A stretch of DNA of 62,141 nucleotides from a virus (lineage: Duplodnaviria > Caudoviricetes). The DNA is taken from positions 1 through 62,141 of the IMG/VR virus record IMGVR_UViG_3300020057_000042. The stretch is one strand, 5' to 3'. A program made the position numbers and the translations under genes. The notes beneath the pieces were generated by a model. The model did no database searches. It worked only from the letters and a program-made list of their open reading frames with translations, and was not told the origin of the DNA. Shown here piece by piece: positions 38,164 through 47,165 of this stretch (position 1 is the stretch's first letter; every line of letters starts with the position of its first letter).

Positions 38164-38636
38164 CCTCCGACTTCGACACGATCCGGAACGGACTGCGCGC
38201 AGACTGGAGGGCAGAGAGCGCCCTCAACCGTGTTGAGTCGGCAGCCGAACAAGCCGAGAAGGCGCTGGAGCATCTAACCGACAACCGGAGCAGCCTTGAC
38301 CGTGCGTACGGGTTCAAGGAGGAGGTTGAGCGGTTGAGAAGGCATGTGTCGGAAGCAGAGCATCTAGCGGCGGATCAAAGCCAGAGCGCGGACGAGTGGC
38401 AGGAGCGTGCTGAGCGAGCAGAACGCCGCAACTCCTGGTTGGCTATGGAAGCGCGGGTGGCCGAACTAAAGGGAAGAGGGAGCGACAGGCGCATCGTTCG
38501 GATCAAGGCCGCGGAAGCACGGGTGGCCGCGCTGGAGATGGTGCATGGTCGTTGGTGCGCTGATTACCCGCACCTGATGACGGCATACGACAAGGCTGTC
38601 CTCCCCTCCTGCTCCCCGAAGGAGAGCGCAGCATGA
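38160..38636 (+). CDS. Modular coiled-coil protein
   Basis: MTSDFDTIR, RVESAAEQAEK, ADEWQERAE and EARVAEL blocks. Confidence 0.7.
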   Translation: MTSDFDTIRNGLRADWRAESALNRVESAAEQAEKALEHLTDNRSSLDRAYGFKEEVERLRRHVSEAEHLAADQSQSADEWQERAERAERRNSWLAMEARVAELKGRGSDRRIVRIKAAEARVAALEMVHGRWCADYPHLMTAYDKAVLPSCSPKESAA

Positions 38637-39674
38637 CCTGGTGGGAGAAAGCCCTGCTCGCGTATTTGGCGTTCGTCGCCCTGACGATCGGATGGTTACT
38701 GCACGCAACGCGAACCGCACCCGAAAGGAATGATTGGTGATGGCTGCTCCAACCGCACTACCGCAAAGGCCGACAACGGGAACAACCGAAGACCGTCCGG
38801 CGTTCGTGGTCGGCGATGTTCCACTGCCACCTCCACCTCCACCACCACCTCCTGCGGATCCGTGCGTCGACGTTAGGGCGAACCTGGCTGCAACCCAGGG
38901 TGCGCTGCTCGACGCAACAGACCGGATTGAGGAGGCCCGCGTGTTGTGTCGAGACCAGATCGTACGGTGGCGAGCGGAGAAGCCGCCGAGGTCGTGGGCT
39001 TGGATCAAGAAGCAGCCTGCCAGTGAAGCGTTCTACGGGCCGCTGGAGGGATCGTGACGAGCGACCGCGACGACGTGCATGTTCGTGCTGCTGCGATTCT
39101 GGCGGACAAATACGCTGATCCGTGGTTGAAGCTCGCCCGCTATGAAGAGTTGACGGATGACCTGTTGGATCGTCTCGATGAGGCAGTGAATTACCTTCGC
39201 CGTGTGGTGCAGGCCGACCGTGATGACACGAAGATGGGCTACCCGATTCCCGGTGACTCGTGTCTTGCGGCGTGTATCGGCTTGGAGGTGATGCGCTTCC
39301 TCGACGACGTCGGAGCGTTGACGGATGGGGTGGGTACCGATGGTAAGCGCACTGTCGGGGTGATGGCGGGGTCTAATGAGGCCGCGTCTTTGCCGGAGGC
39401 CGGAAGGTCGCCCACTCCATCCGTGAGCGCCCCCGACATCGACGTCGTGGCCGACAAGATCCTGGCCGACATGGTGCGGGAAGGGTTCACTCGCGTTGAG
39501 GCCGACGCTCGGTTGTTCGCTCTTGCCCCGTCGATGACCGCACTCCTCCTGATCGAGGCGCGGGAACTGATCCAGGAACTTCACGACAATCTGGTTCACC
39601 CCCATCCGTTCGACTGTGAATCGTGCGATCTCCTTTCTCGCATTGACGGGCTAACCGACAGGAGGAACGGATGA
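38633..39674 (+). CDS. Three hypothetical genes (TM peptide from 38633; Pro-rich 38739-39057; 39054-39674)
   Basis: Coupled ORFs; the last contains PDIDVVADK. Confidence 0.5.
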
Positions 39675-40207
39675 CCGCCGACATCGACGCCCTGGCCGAC
39701 ACAGTGCGGGCCTGCTTCACTCGCGCACAGTCGCTCGGGCCTACCGACATGAGCGACGGCCATCGCTCTCTTTCCGACCTGGTTGCCATCGCGAAGGAAG
39801 CGGAGCAATCCCTTCTCGCCACACGGAACGCCCTGAGCGGAACGCAACGGGTGCGCGATGACTACAAGTCCCGTGCCAAGGCCGCAGAACGCTTAGTAGT
39901 GCGCCTGCAAGTCGATGTGGAGACATTCAAACAGGTGGCTCATTTTCACGCAGATAAAGCCAATCGAGCGGAACGAGAGCATGACGAACAGCGAGCCTCG
40001 AAGGTACTTGCCCACCAGCAACTCGATCTCACCGAGGCACGGGTGGCCGAACTGGAAGGGGCGCTGGCAGGACTGCTCCCGTGGGCAGGCCGTCAGACAT
40101 TCGAGACTGATGCCTGCTGGGTCATCGCTCGCGATACCCTCGCTGCCCCCGACACCACGGACTGCCGTCACGTCGATAACGGCCCGAGCTGGTGGTGGCG
40201 CTTATGA
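39671..40207 (+). CDS. Modular coiled-coil protein, paralogue of 20119-20559
   Basis: Shares a ~100-bp near-identical block in inverted orientation. Confidence 0.75.
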   Translation: MTADIDALADTVRACFTRAQSLGPTDMSDGHRSLSDLVAIAKEAEQSLLATRNALSGTQRVRDDYKSRAKAAERLVVRLQVDVETFKQVAHFHADKANRAEREHDEQRASKVLAHQQLDLTEARVAELEGALAGLLPWAGRQTFETDACWVIARDTLAAPDTTDCRHVDNGPSWWWRL

Positions 40208-40647
40208 CCTCCGACTTTGACAACTCGATCCTCAACGAGGTACTCGCCGAGAGAGAACGTCAAGACAAGAAGTGGGGCGGCGTCCCCGGTATTGATCGTC
40301 TTGACGACCACACCTATGCGGCCGTGCTTGGCGAGGAGTTCGGCGAGGTCTGTCAGGCTTGGTTACAGCGCGATGTCAAGGAGTTGCGCCTTGAGTTGAT
40401 TCAGGTTGCCGCCGTTGCTGTCGCTTGGATTGAGGAGATTGACAACGGAGGGGCAATGCAGCGGGCTCTGTTCCGGCAGCCCCTCGCTTCCCCCGACCCG
40501 GAGTTACCGCTCGACCTTGAGCGTGTGCTGCGTGACCCGTCGATCATCGTGCCGCAAGACCAAGCGGTGTTCGAGGCCGTCGCACGGTGGAAGAACGCAC
40601 CGAGCGACACCGCATCCGCTTCCCCCGACCCGAAGGAGGGAACATGA
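40204..40647 (+). CDS. MazG-like nucleotide pyrophosphohydrolase
   Basis: ERERQDKKWG..LGEEFGEV..ELIQVAAVAVAWIE. Confidence 0.7.
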   Translation: MTSDFDNSILNEVLAERERQDKKWGGVPGIDRLDDHTYAAVLGEEFGEVCQAWLQRDVKELRLELIQVAAVAVAWIEEIDNGGAMQRALFRQPLASPDPELPLDLERVLRDPSIIVPQDQAVFEAVARWKNAPSDTASASPDPKEGT

Positions 40648-40777
40648 GCGCCGGTTGGAGGCAGCGAATCCGTGAATGGTTGTGTCGCCAATACGGACAC
40701 AGGCCCACAGAGGATGCCAACGCCACGTACTGCCGACGCTGCCTGGTTCTGATCGGCCCGAAGCAAAAGGACACAGC

Positions 40778-41509
40778 ATGACCGCTGACTTCGACACGAT
40801 CCGGGCGGCGCTGGCCGACTACGACGCACCCGGAACAGTCGGCCAAACCTCCGTCATGGCCGCTCTCGCCCGTGTTGAGGCAGCAGCCGAACAAGCCGAG
40901 AAGGAAGCGGAGAAGATCCTTCCCGCTGACGAGGTGTGCGCGTGCCTGGACGAAACAGGCGGGCGACAGGTTCGGATCTACGAGCGGTGCGAACGCTGTC
41001 ATGCTCTGATGGAATCGGATTTGGCCGAACAGCTTGCGGAGCAGTCCGAGAGCGCGGACGAGTGGCGCGAACAATGGGAGCGAGCGAAGCAGCGTGCCGA
41101 ACAAGCAGAGAGCGCCGCGAAGGATGCGCAGATGAAGGAGCGGGCGCTGACGGATTACTTCGCGGACGCATCCCGACGAGCGGACGAGTGGCAGGAGCGT
41201 GCCGAACAAGCAGAGCGGGAGCGGGACGAACTGATCCGCAACGGTCTGACCGACCTGACCGAAACAGCCCGCCAGCTAGAGCGATCAGAAGCATGGGCGG
41301 CCGAACTTGAGGCGGACAACCGGGCGATGCAGCAGGAAGCTGACGAGATGGAAGCACGGGTGGAACAAGCCGAGAAGGCTCTGTGCGAAATCGTGATGGC
41401 AGAACCGTTGGAAGTGGACGGCCGGACGATGTGGCCTTCGTTCTCGGGCGAGTTGCAGAACAAAGCTTTCGTCGCCCTCTCGCTGTTGCGCGGCAAGGAC
41501 ACGGGATGA
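40778..41509 (+). CDS. Modular coiled-coil protein
   Basis: MTADFDTIR, RVEAAAEQAEK and ADEW(R/Q)E repeats. Confidence 0.7.
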   Translation: MTADFDTIRAALADYDAPGTVGQTSVMAALARVEAAAEQAEKEAEKILPADEVCACLDETGGRQVRIYERCERCHALMESDLAEQLAEQSESADEWREQWERAKQRAEQAESAAKDAQMKERALTDYFADASRRADEWQERAEQAERERDELIRNGLTDLTETARQLERSEAWAAELEADNRAMQQEADEMEARVEQAEKALCEIVMAEPLEVDGRTMWPSFSGELQNKAFVALSLLRGKDTG

Positions 41510-41630
41510 GCGCCAACGATGCTTTCTGGGCAATCGTCTGTACCTCTTACTCGCTTGGCGAGTATGACGAGATGATCTCTCGTTGCAAATCGTGGATCGC
41601 GAGGCTAGAGGTTCCCGCTGGCGGTAACGG

Positions 41631-42152
41631 ATGACCGTCGTTCTGTTTGAGCCGCACCATGACGATGCTGTCCTTTTCGCGACATACACGTTGCTAAAGG
41701 AGAAGCCTTTGGTCGTCACGGTGATGGGAGCATCTGCTGACGAACGTCCTATGGAGTCACGTCAGGCGATGCTATGTCTTGGTGTTGCGTTTGAGCACTG
41801 GCCTCACCCTGAAGTCTCCCCTGACTTTCGGGAGATCAAGTATGACATGGGGGAGTTGCGGGATGCGGTGGGAGTGACCCGAGTTCTTGCGCCAGCGATT
41901 GAGGACGGGGGCCACGAACAACATTCTCGGGTGGGGCGACTAGCCGCAGAAGTTTTCGGTGCAGACCGTGTTACCCACTACCTCACCTACCGTCGTGGCA
42001 ATATGCGAAGCCAGTCAGACAATGAGGTGGTACCCCAACCTGGGTGGATGGCATCGAAAATGGAAGCCATGTCCTGTTACTCGTCACAGATAGAACGTGA
42101 GAACACTCGCGCGTGGTTCACTTCTGACTGGAGTCGTGAATGGCTCCAGTGA
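41631..42152 (+). CDS. PIG-L/LmbE-family de-N-acetylase
   Basis: EPHHDDAVL, GHEQH and YSSQ motifs. Confidence 0.85.
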   Translation: MTVVLFEPHHDDAVLFATYTLLKEKPLVVTVMGASADERPMESRQAMLCLGVAFEHWPHPEVSPDFREIKYDMGELRDAVGVTRVLAPAIEDGGHEQHSRVGRLAAEVFGADRVTHYLTYRRGNMRSQSDNEVVPQPGWMASKMEAMSCYSSQIERENTRAWFTSDWSREWLQ

Positions 42153-42222
42153 TCTCGGCCACCTACTTCTACGCTTCACTTTGGTTGTTCTGGCGTGCCT
42201 GCAAGAAAGGGAGGTTCACGGT

Positions 42223-42885
42223 ATGAGCGGCAAGATACTGGATTTCGATTCCGAGTTCTTCGGGATCAAAGTAGGACGGCATGATGGGCCACCGGGTGTC
42301 GCGTATGAGTGGGCGCTCTCCAACGAGATCGAGTGTCTTTACACGCTGCTGCCGATCTCGATGATTGCACAAGCGTACGAGGCGACAGCGCTGGGGTTCC
42401 GACTCGTGGACGTGCGGGTTGAGTTCTCCGCTCGCACTAAAGAGGAGCAGCGGAAGGTGCGCATGGCAACGAGAGGCGACGACGACGCTCTCGCCCTGAT
42501 CGCCCGTTCGTCGTTCAAGCGCACCCGCTTCTACAACGACCGCAAGTTCCCGCCCATGCGCGTCGACGACCTGTACGAGAACTGGGTCCGCGAGCATTGC
42601 GAGACAGGGAGAGTCCTGGTGACCACTGACGAGAACGACAGGCCGGTTGGCTTCGCCACTTTCAAGGACGGGTACGTCAGCCTGATCGCCGTCTCCGAAG
42701 AGCACCGTTATCTGGGTCACGGGGAGGCGCTGATGAAGGGGGCGCTCGACCTCGGCTGGCAGGACGGGTTGCAGGAGATACGGATTGTCACTCAGGGAGG
42801 GAACATCGGTGCGCAAAGAACCTTTCAGAAGGTCGGCTTCCGTTCCGTCCAAACCGACCTCTGGCTGCATTGGCGAAAACCGTGA
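42223..42885 (+). CDS. GNAT acetyltransferase, WecD (TDP-fucosamine acetyltransferase)-like
   Basis: LDFDSEFFG, TRFYND..LYENW and TQGGNIGAQRTFQKVGF. Confidence 0.75.
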   Translation: MSGKILDFDSEFFGIKVGRHDGPPGVAYEWALSNEIECLYTLLPISMIAQAYEATALGFRLVDVRVEFSARTKEEQRKVRMATRGDDDALALIARSSFKRTRFYNDRKFPPMRVDDLYENWVREHCETGRVLVTTDENDRPVGFATFKDGYVSLIAVSEEHRYLGHGEALMKGALDLGWQDGLQEIRIVTQGGNIGAQRTFQKVGFRSVQTDLWLHWRKP

Positions 42886-43517
42886 GCCGGAAGCTGATGG
42901 TCTGCCCATACTTCGGCGAGTTCCCCGAATGGTGGGACCGTTATCAGGAGCAGATCCCGATGGAAGGATACGACTTCTTCGTCGACACCGATCTCGCGGG
43001 TTTCAAGCAGCGGGTTGGTGACATCCTCGGGATCGAATGTCCGGCCACGGAAGGCTCGTCCAAGATCCACGATTACCGGGCCGTCCTTGGGGTCTTGTAC
43101 GCCGACGAGATCGCACCCTACGACTGGTGGGGCCACACTGATTTCGACTGCGTGTATGGGCGCTTGGATCACTTCGTCACCGACGAGGTTCTGGCCGACT
43201 GCGATGTCTTCTCGGACTGCGCCTACGACTATCTGGCGGGGCCGTTCACGCTCTACCGAGTTGGCTCCGACGCGCACTGGATGTTCCGACATCATCCTGG
43301 GTGGAAGTCAATCCTCGAAGACGAGACGGTGCTCGGATGGGTGGAAACGTCGTTCACCGAGATCGCGAAGCATACGGTTAGGGTGAAGATTCAGGATCAT
43401 CACGCTTTTCAACAGCCCGAACTGCTCTGGAAGGACGGAAAACGACTGATGCACGGTCATCGGGAGATCAGTTACTTCCACTTCAACCGATCGAAAGTAT
43501 GGCCTCTCGATGGCTGA
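42882..43517 (+). CDS. DUF6625-like polysaccharide-associated transferase
   Basis: PYFGEFPEW, DYR, YDWWGHTDFDCVYG and YFHF. Confidence 0.65.
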   Translation: MSRKLMVCPYFGEFPEWWDRYQEQIPMEGYDFFVDTDLAGFKQRVGDILGIECPATEGSSKIHDYRAVLGVLYADEIAPYDWWGHTDFDCVYGRLDHFVTDEVLADCDVFSDCAYDYLAGPFTLYRVGSDAHWMFRHHPGWKSILEDETVLGWVETSFTEIAKHTVRVKIQDHHAFQQPELLWKDGKRLMHGHREISYFHFNRSKVWPLDG

Positions 43518-43855
43518 CTGCCGGAGCGGGAAGATCACGTTTGTGTCTAGGATCGAGGCGCAACGCAACGCGAGCAACAGACGCCTCAAAGGGAGGCTCT
43601 ATCCTTATTGCTGCCATATGTGCGGCAAATGGCACCTGTCGAGCAGGGCGAAAGCATGATCTGCCCCAAGTGCGACCGCTGGTATGACCCCGGTGAAGAA
43701 CCCGATCCCTGCCTCGGAATGCTCGAAGGAGTGCTAGGTGCCTGCTGCGGCCACGGCAACGACAAGGTGGCGTACGTGACGTTCGCGAACGGTGTGGTGC
43801 TACGTCCTTTCCATCTAGAGCGTGACTGTCGCGTGTTCCGCCCGTCGAGGAAGCC

Positions 43856-44371
43856 ATGCTGACCGTCATCGACATCGGCTGTGCGAAGTACGGAGGGGAC
43901 GAGTCGATCCCGTATCTGATCGAGGAGTTCTCACCTGATCTGCTTTGGGGTTTCGATCCGAACGCCAAGGACGAACAGTACGAGTTGAACGGCTGCAAGG
44001 TGACGGTGGAGAAGAAAGTGGTGTGGACCTACAGCGGCGTGATTGGCTTCAACATCGCCGCTACGAGCGGGAGAGTCGATGAGAAAGGACACGTCCGGTT
44101 CCCGTGCTTGGACATCCTCGGACTCGTAAACAGGGCGGCGGGGAACGGAGAGGTGATCGTCAAGATGGATGCCGAAGGAGCCGAGTATGAGATCCTTCCG
44201 CATCTTCGCGACAACCGAACTGATCGGCTTCTGCGCCTCCTCTGGGTTGAGCCTCACTGCCGCTCCTGCGGTAACGGGGGAGGCCATCGCGAGGGGTGCC
44301 AGGGAACCTACAACGAGTACGTCGAACTGGAGGCTTCAATGCGCTGCGAAATGCACAGGTGGAACCGATGA
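43856..44371 (+). CDS. FkbM-family SAM methyltransferase
   Basis: IDIGC and VKMDAEGAEYEIL. Confidence 0.8.
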   Translation: MLTVIDIGCAKYGGDESIPYLIEEFSPDLLWGFDPNAKDEQYELNGCKVTVEKKVVWTYSGVIGFNIAATSGRVDEKGHVRFPCLDILGLVNRAAGNGEVIVKMDAEGAEYEILPHLRDNRTDRLLRLLWVEPHCRSCGNGGGHREGCQGTYNEYVELEASMRCEMHRWNR

Positions 44372-45045
44372 ACGTCTCAGCCTGCCTCGTCACACGCGGT
44401 GACCTAGACATGCAGCCGGTGATCGACTCTCTGCCTCCATCGTGGGAGATTGTGATCTGGGACAACTCCGGCAAGATCCTTATGAGGCCCGGTTCTGACG
44501 ACGGAGATCCTCGCGCAATGCAACGTCTGTGGGGAGTGACTGTGGCAGACCTTTCCGTCTACGGGCGCTACGCCGCCATCGAGTACGCCTCCCACGACCT
44601 GATCTGGGTTTCCGACGACGATGTGATCGTAAGTGACCCACAGGCGATCGTGGACGAGTGGCTTTACCGATGGGGTTACGGCGGTGATCTGGGAGACTCC
44701 CTGTGGGGGATGACCGCGAACATGCCGCAGGAGTTTCGCCACGACGGCTACACCGATTCGTGCCTCGTCGGCTTCGGATCGTGCTTCCACCGGGACGCGC
44801 CAAAGCGAGCGTTCGAGAAGTTCTTCGGAACGGGGAGGAATGGCCAGCACTACACTCGCGATCACGCGCACTTCAACAGGTGCGCTGACGTGGTCTTCAC
44901 GACCCTCACTCCGCGTGTCCTTGTGGACATCCCGAAGACGGATCGCGAGATGGCGTCTGACAGCAATCGCATGTGGAGGCAACCCGGACATCTGGACGAA
45001 AGGACACGGATGCTCAACCTCGTTCGACAGGTACGAGATGCCTGA
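44368..45045 (+). CDS. Glycosyltransferase GT-A fold
   Basis: EIVIWDNS, YGRY and WVSDDD. Confidence 0.75.
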   Translation: MNVSACLVTRGDLDMQPVIDSLPPSWEIVIWDNSGKILMRPGSDDGDPRAMQRLWGVTVADLSVYGRYAAIEYASHDLIWVSDDDVIVSDPQAIVDEWLYRWGYGGDLGDSLWGMTANMPQEFRHDGYTDSCLVGFGSCFHRDAPKRAFEKFFGTGRNGQHYTRDHAHFNRCADVVFTTLTPRVLVDIPKTDREMASDSNRMWRQPGHLDERTRMLNLVRQVRDA

Positions 45046-45736
45046 AGTCGAGATCCTTTACCTTGCCTGGAACCGTCTGGACTACACGAGCCTGACGTGG
45101 TACGAGATGATGCGCCACACCGACTGGGATCTGGTTACGAACGTCACCGTCTACGACGACGGCTCGCAGGACGGAACCCTGGAGTTCCTCCGAGAGCATC
45201 TTTCAGATTGCCCCGTTCACACCGAGTTGCGGGTCAGCAACCTTCGCAGCCCTCCGGCGATAATGAATCACTTTCTTGCGACCGAGCGGGCACCGTTGTT
45301 CGTGAAGCTCGACAACGACATCGCCGTCCCTTCCGGCTGGCTGAACCGCCTTCACGAAGTGATGGTCGCCCATCCCGACATTGACTTGCTCGGCATGGAG
45401 GCAGGACAAACGGTGGTGCCGGAAGGGAAGCCTTCCTACGGCATTCAGGAAGCGTCTCACATCGGTGGGGTGGGGATGATGCGGACACGGGTGCTTCAGA
45501 ATCTTCCCGAGATCCCCTACCGTGGTCGCTTCGGATTTACCGAACACCAAGATCGTCACCAACTGAAGGGAGCCTGGATCACTCCTGATCTTCTGGTGCC
45601 CCAGTTGGACAGGATTCCCGACGAGCCTTGGAAGTCACTTGGTGTGGACTACGTGAGTCGGGGCTGGCAGAGAGACTGGCCTTTGTACAGGTCCGCGAGC
45701 AGCCCGTACTGGGATTGGATCAAGGAGACACTGTGA
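45038..45736 (+). CDS. Glycosyltransferase GT2
   Basis: YDDGSQDGT and KLDND. Confidence 0.85.
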   Translation: MPEVEILYLAWNRLDYTSLTWYEMMRHTDWDLVTNVTVYDDGSQDGTLEFLREHLSDCPVHTELRVSNLRSPPAIMNHFLATERAPLFVKLDNDIAVPSGWLNRLHEVMVAHPDIDLLGMEAGQTVVPEGKPSYGIQEASHIGGVGMMRTRVLQNLPEIPYRGRFGFTEHQDRHQLKGAWITPDLLVPQLDRIPDEPWKSLGVDYVSRGWQRDWPLYRSASSPYWDWIKETL

Positions 45737-46482
45737 AGTTGACCGCGATGATGTTGACCAGAAACGAAGCCTCGCGCTATCTGAAGTGGACGATCCCTTC
45801 CCTCCTGTCGTTTTGCGATGAGGTCAGGGTCATTGACGACGACTCCGTGGACGGCACCCACAACATCCTTCGTGACTACGGCTGCATCGTGAAGCGCAAT
45901 GATCGCCCCATGTTTTTCGAGCACGAAGGAAGAGCAAGGAACGCTTTGCTCGACTTCGCCCTTGAAGGCAAGCCGGACTTTCTGTTTGCTGTGGACGCCG
46001 ACGAAATCGTTGCTGATGGGGATGCGATCAGGGACGCCCTGCTCTCGCGCACCTCCGCTTCCGGTGTGTGGAACCTGACGATGGAAGAAGTCTGGAAGGC
46101 CGACGAACGGTTCCTGTACGAGCGAGTGGACGGCCAGTGGGGATCACGGAAGTGCCCGGTGCTGTTCGAGGTTCCCGCCAGGATTCCGTCCAACTGGCGG
46201 ATCGCTGACCGGGCTTTGGCGTGTGGGAGGGAGCCGATGCCGGTGGCGAAAGCGGGTGTGCGTCGTGCTCCCGTCGTCACGTCCCTGTTTCATCTCGGGT
46301 GGGCAAACGAGTCGGAGCGCGAGACGAGATACGACCGCTACGTCAAGCATGACGGAGGGGCGTTCCACGCGAGCGCCCATCTGAACTCGATCATGTTCGG
46401 TGACGAACTCGTCAAACTCGCTCCGCGTGAGTGGCCGAAAGGACTGGATCGCGAAGGGCTACTGGAGAGGATCAACCAATGA
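45733..46482 (+). CDS. Glycosyltransferase GT2
   Basis: RNE, DDDSVDGT, VDADE and HLGW. Confidence 0.85.
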   Translation: MKLTAMMLTRNEASRYLKWTIPSLLSFCDEVRVIDDDSVDGTHNILRDYGCIVKRNDRPMFFEHEGRARNALLDFALEGKPDFLFAVDADEIVADGDAIRDALLSRTSASGVWNLTMEEVWKADERFLYERVDGQWGSRKCPVLFEVPARIPSNWRIADRALACGREPMPVAKAGVRRAPVVTSLFHLGWANESERETRYDRYVKHDGGAFHASAHLNSIMFGDELVKLAPREWPKGLDREGLLERINQ

Positions 46483-46694
46483 CCTTGTTTCCGTATCGCA
46501 CTTCCCACATGTTCCTCCTTGGCCTGATCCTGATTGACCTTCCCATCATCCTCGCCGTCGCGGTGATCGGCTGGCAGCACGGCTACGTCAACACCTACGA
46601 GAGCATCATGGATTGGCGCACGAGCCATCCCTGGTCGTTCATCCCTTCGCTTGCCCTCCTTGTCGTTCTTGTGCGAAGATGGAGGAGAGCATGA
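46479..46694 (+). CDS. Small membrane protein
   Basis: Two hydrophobic segments. Confidence 0.55.
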   Translation: MTLFPYRTSHMFLLGLILIDLPIILAVAVIGWQHGYVNTYESIMDWRTSHPWSFIPSLALLVVLVRRWRRA

Positions 46695-47017
46695 GAGTCC
46701 CTGACTGGTATGCACTTCTCCTTTTGGCGTTCGCCGCGTTTCGCGTTTACCGGCTGATCGCCGAAGACACGATCCTCGACCGTCCTCGCGCTTGGATTCT
46801 AGGGTTGAGTGGCTGGCAGGAAGGGAAGCCAACCCCGAAAGGCTACCGCGCAAAGTGGGGGGAGTTCATCACCTGCGGCTGGTGCATGGGCGCTCACGTC
46901 TCGTTGGTCTTCTGGATCGGCTACCAGATATGGCCGCACGGAACACTCGTTTTCGCGGCACCGTGGGCAATCTCGTTGATCGTTGGGATCATCACTCACG
47001 CGCTGAACGATAAGTAG
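46691..47017 (+). CDS. DUF1360-family membrane protein
   Basis: FRVYRLIAEDTI..ITCGWCMG. Confidence 0.75.
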   Translation: MRVPDWYALLLLAFAAFRVYRLIAEDTILDRPRAWILGLSGWQEGKPTPKGYRAKWGEFITCGWCMGAHVSLVFWIGYQIWPHGTLVFAAPWAISLIVGIITHALNDK

Positions 47018-47070
47018 TGTCCTCATCAGGCGTTACTCTCTGAGCGACATATCCTTTCGCGAAGGAGTAG

Positions 47071-47163
47071 ATGATGGACGCACAGAACGTGATTTGGGGC
47101 TGCGGTTGCAAGAAAGTGAAGGTTCCACCGGCTGAACCGCCGCCCGCCCAGCCCGGTAGCTGA
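47071..47163 (+). CDS. 30-aa peptide with GCGCKK motif
   Basis: AAGGAG RBS; directly before the portal. Confidence 0.45.
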   Translation: MMDAQNVIWGCGCKKVKVPPAEPPPAQPGS

Positions 47164-47165
47164 TC

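Noticed and set aside
38821-38855. CCA/CCT simple repeat
   Set aside because: Encodes a polyproline linker only
20119-41509. Diversity-generating retroelement behind the repeats
   Set aside because: No reverse transcriptase ORF, and the mismatches are not confined to adenines
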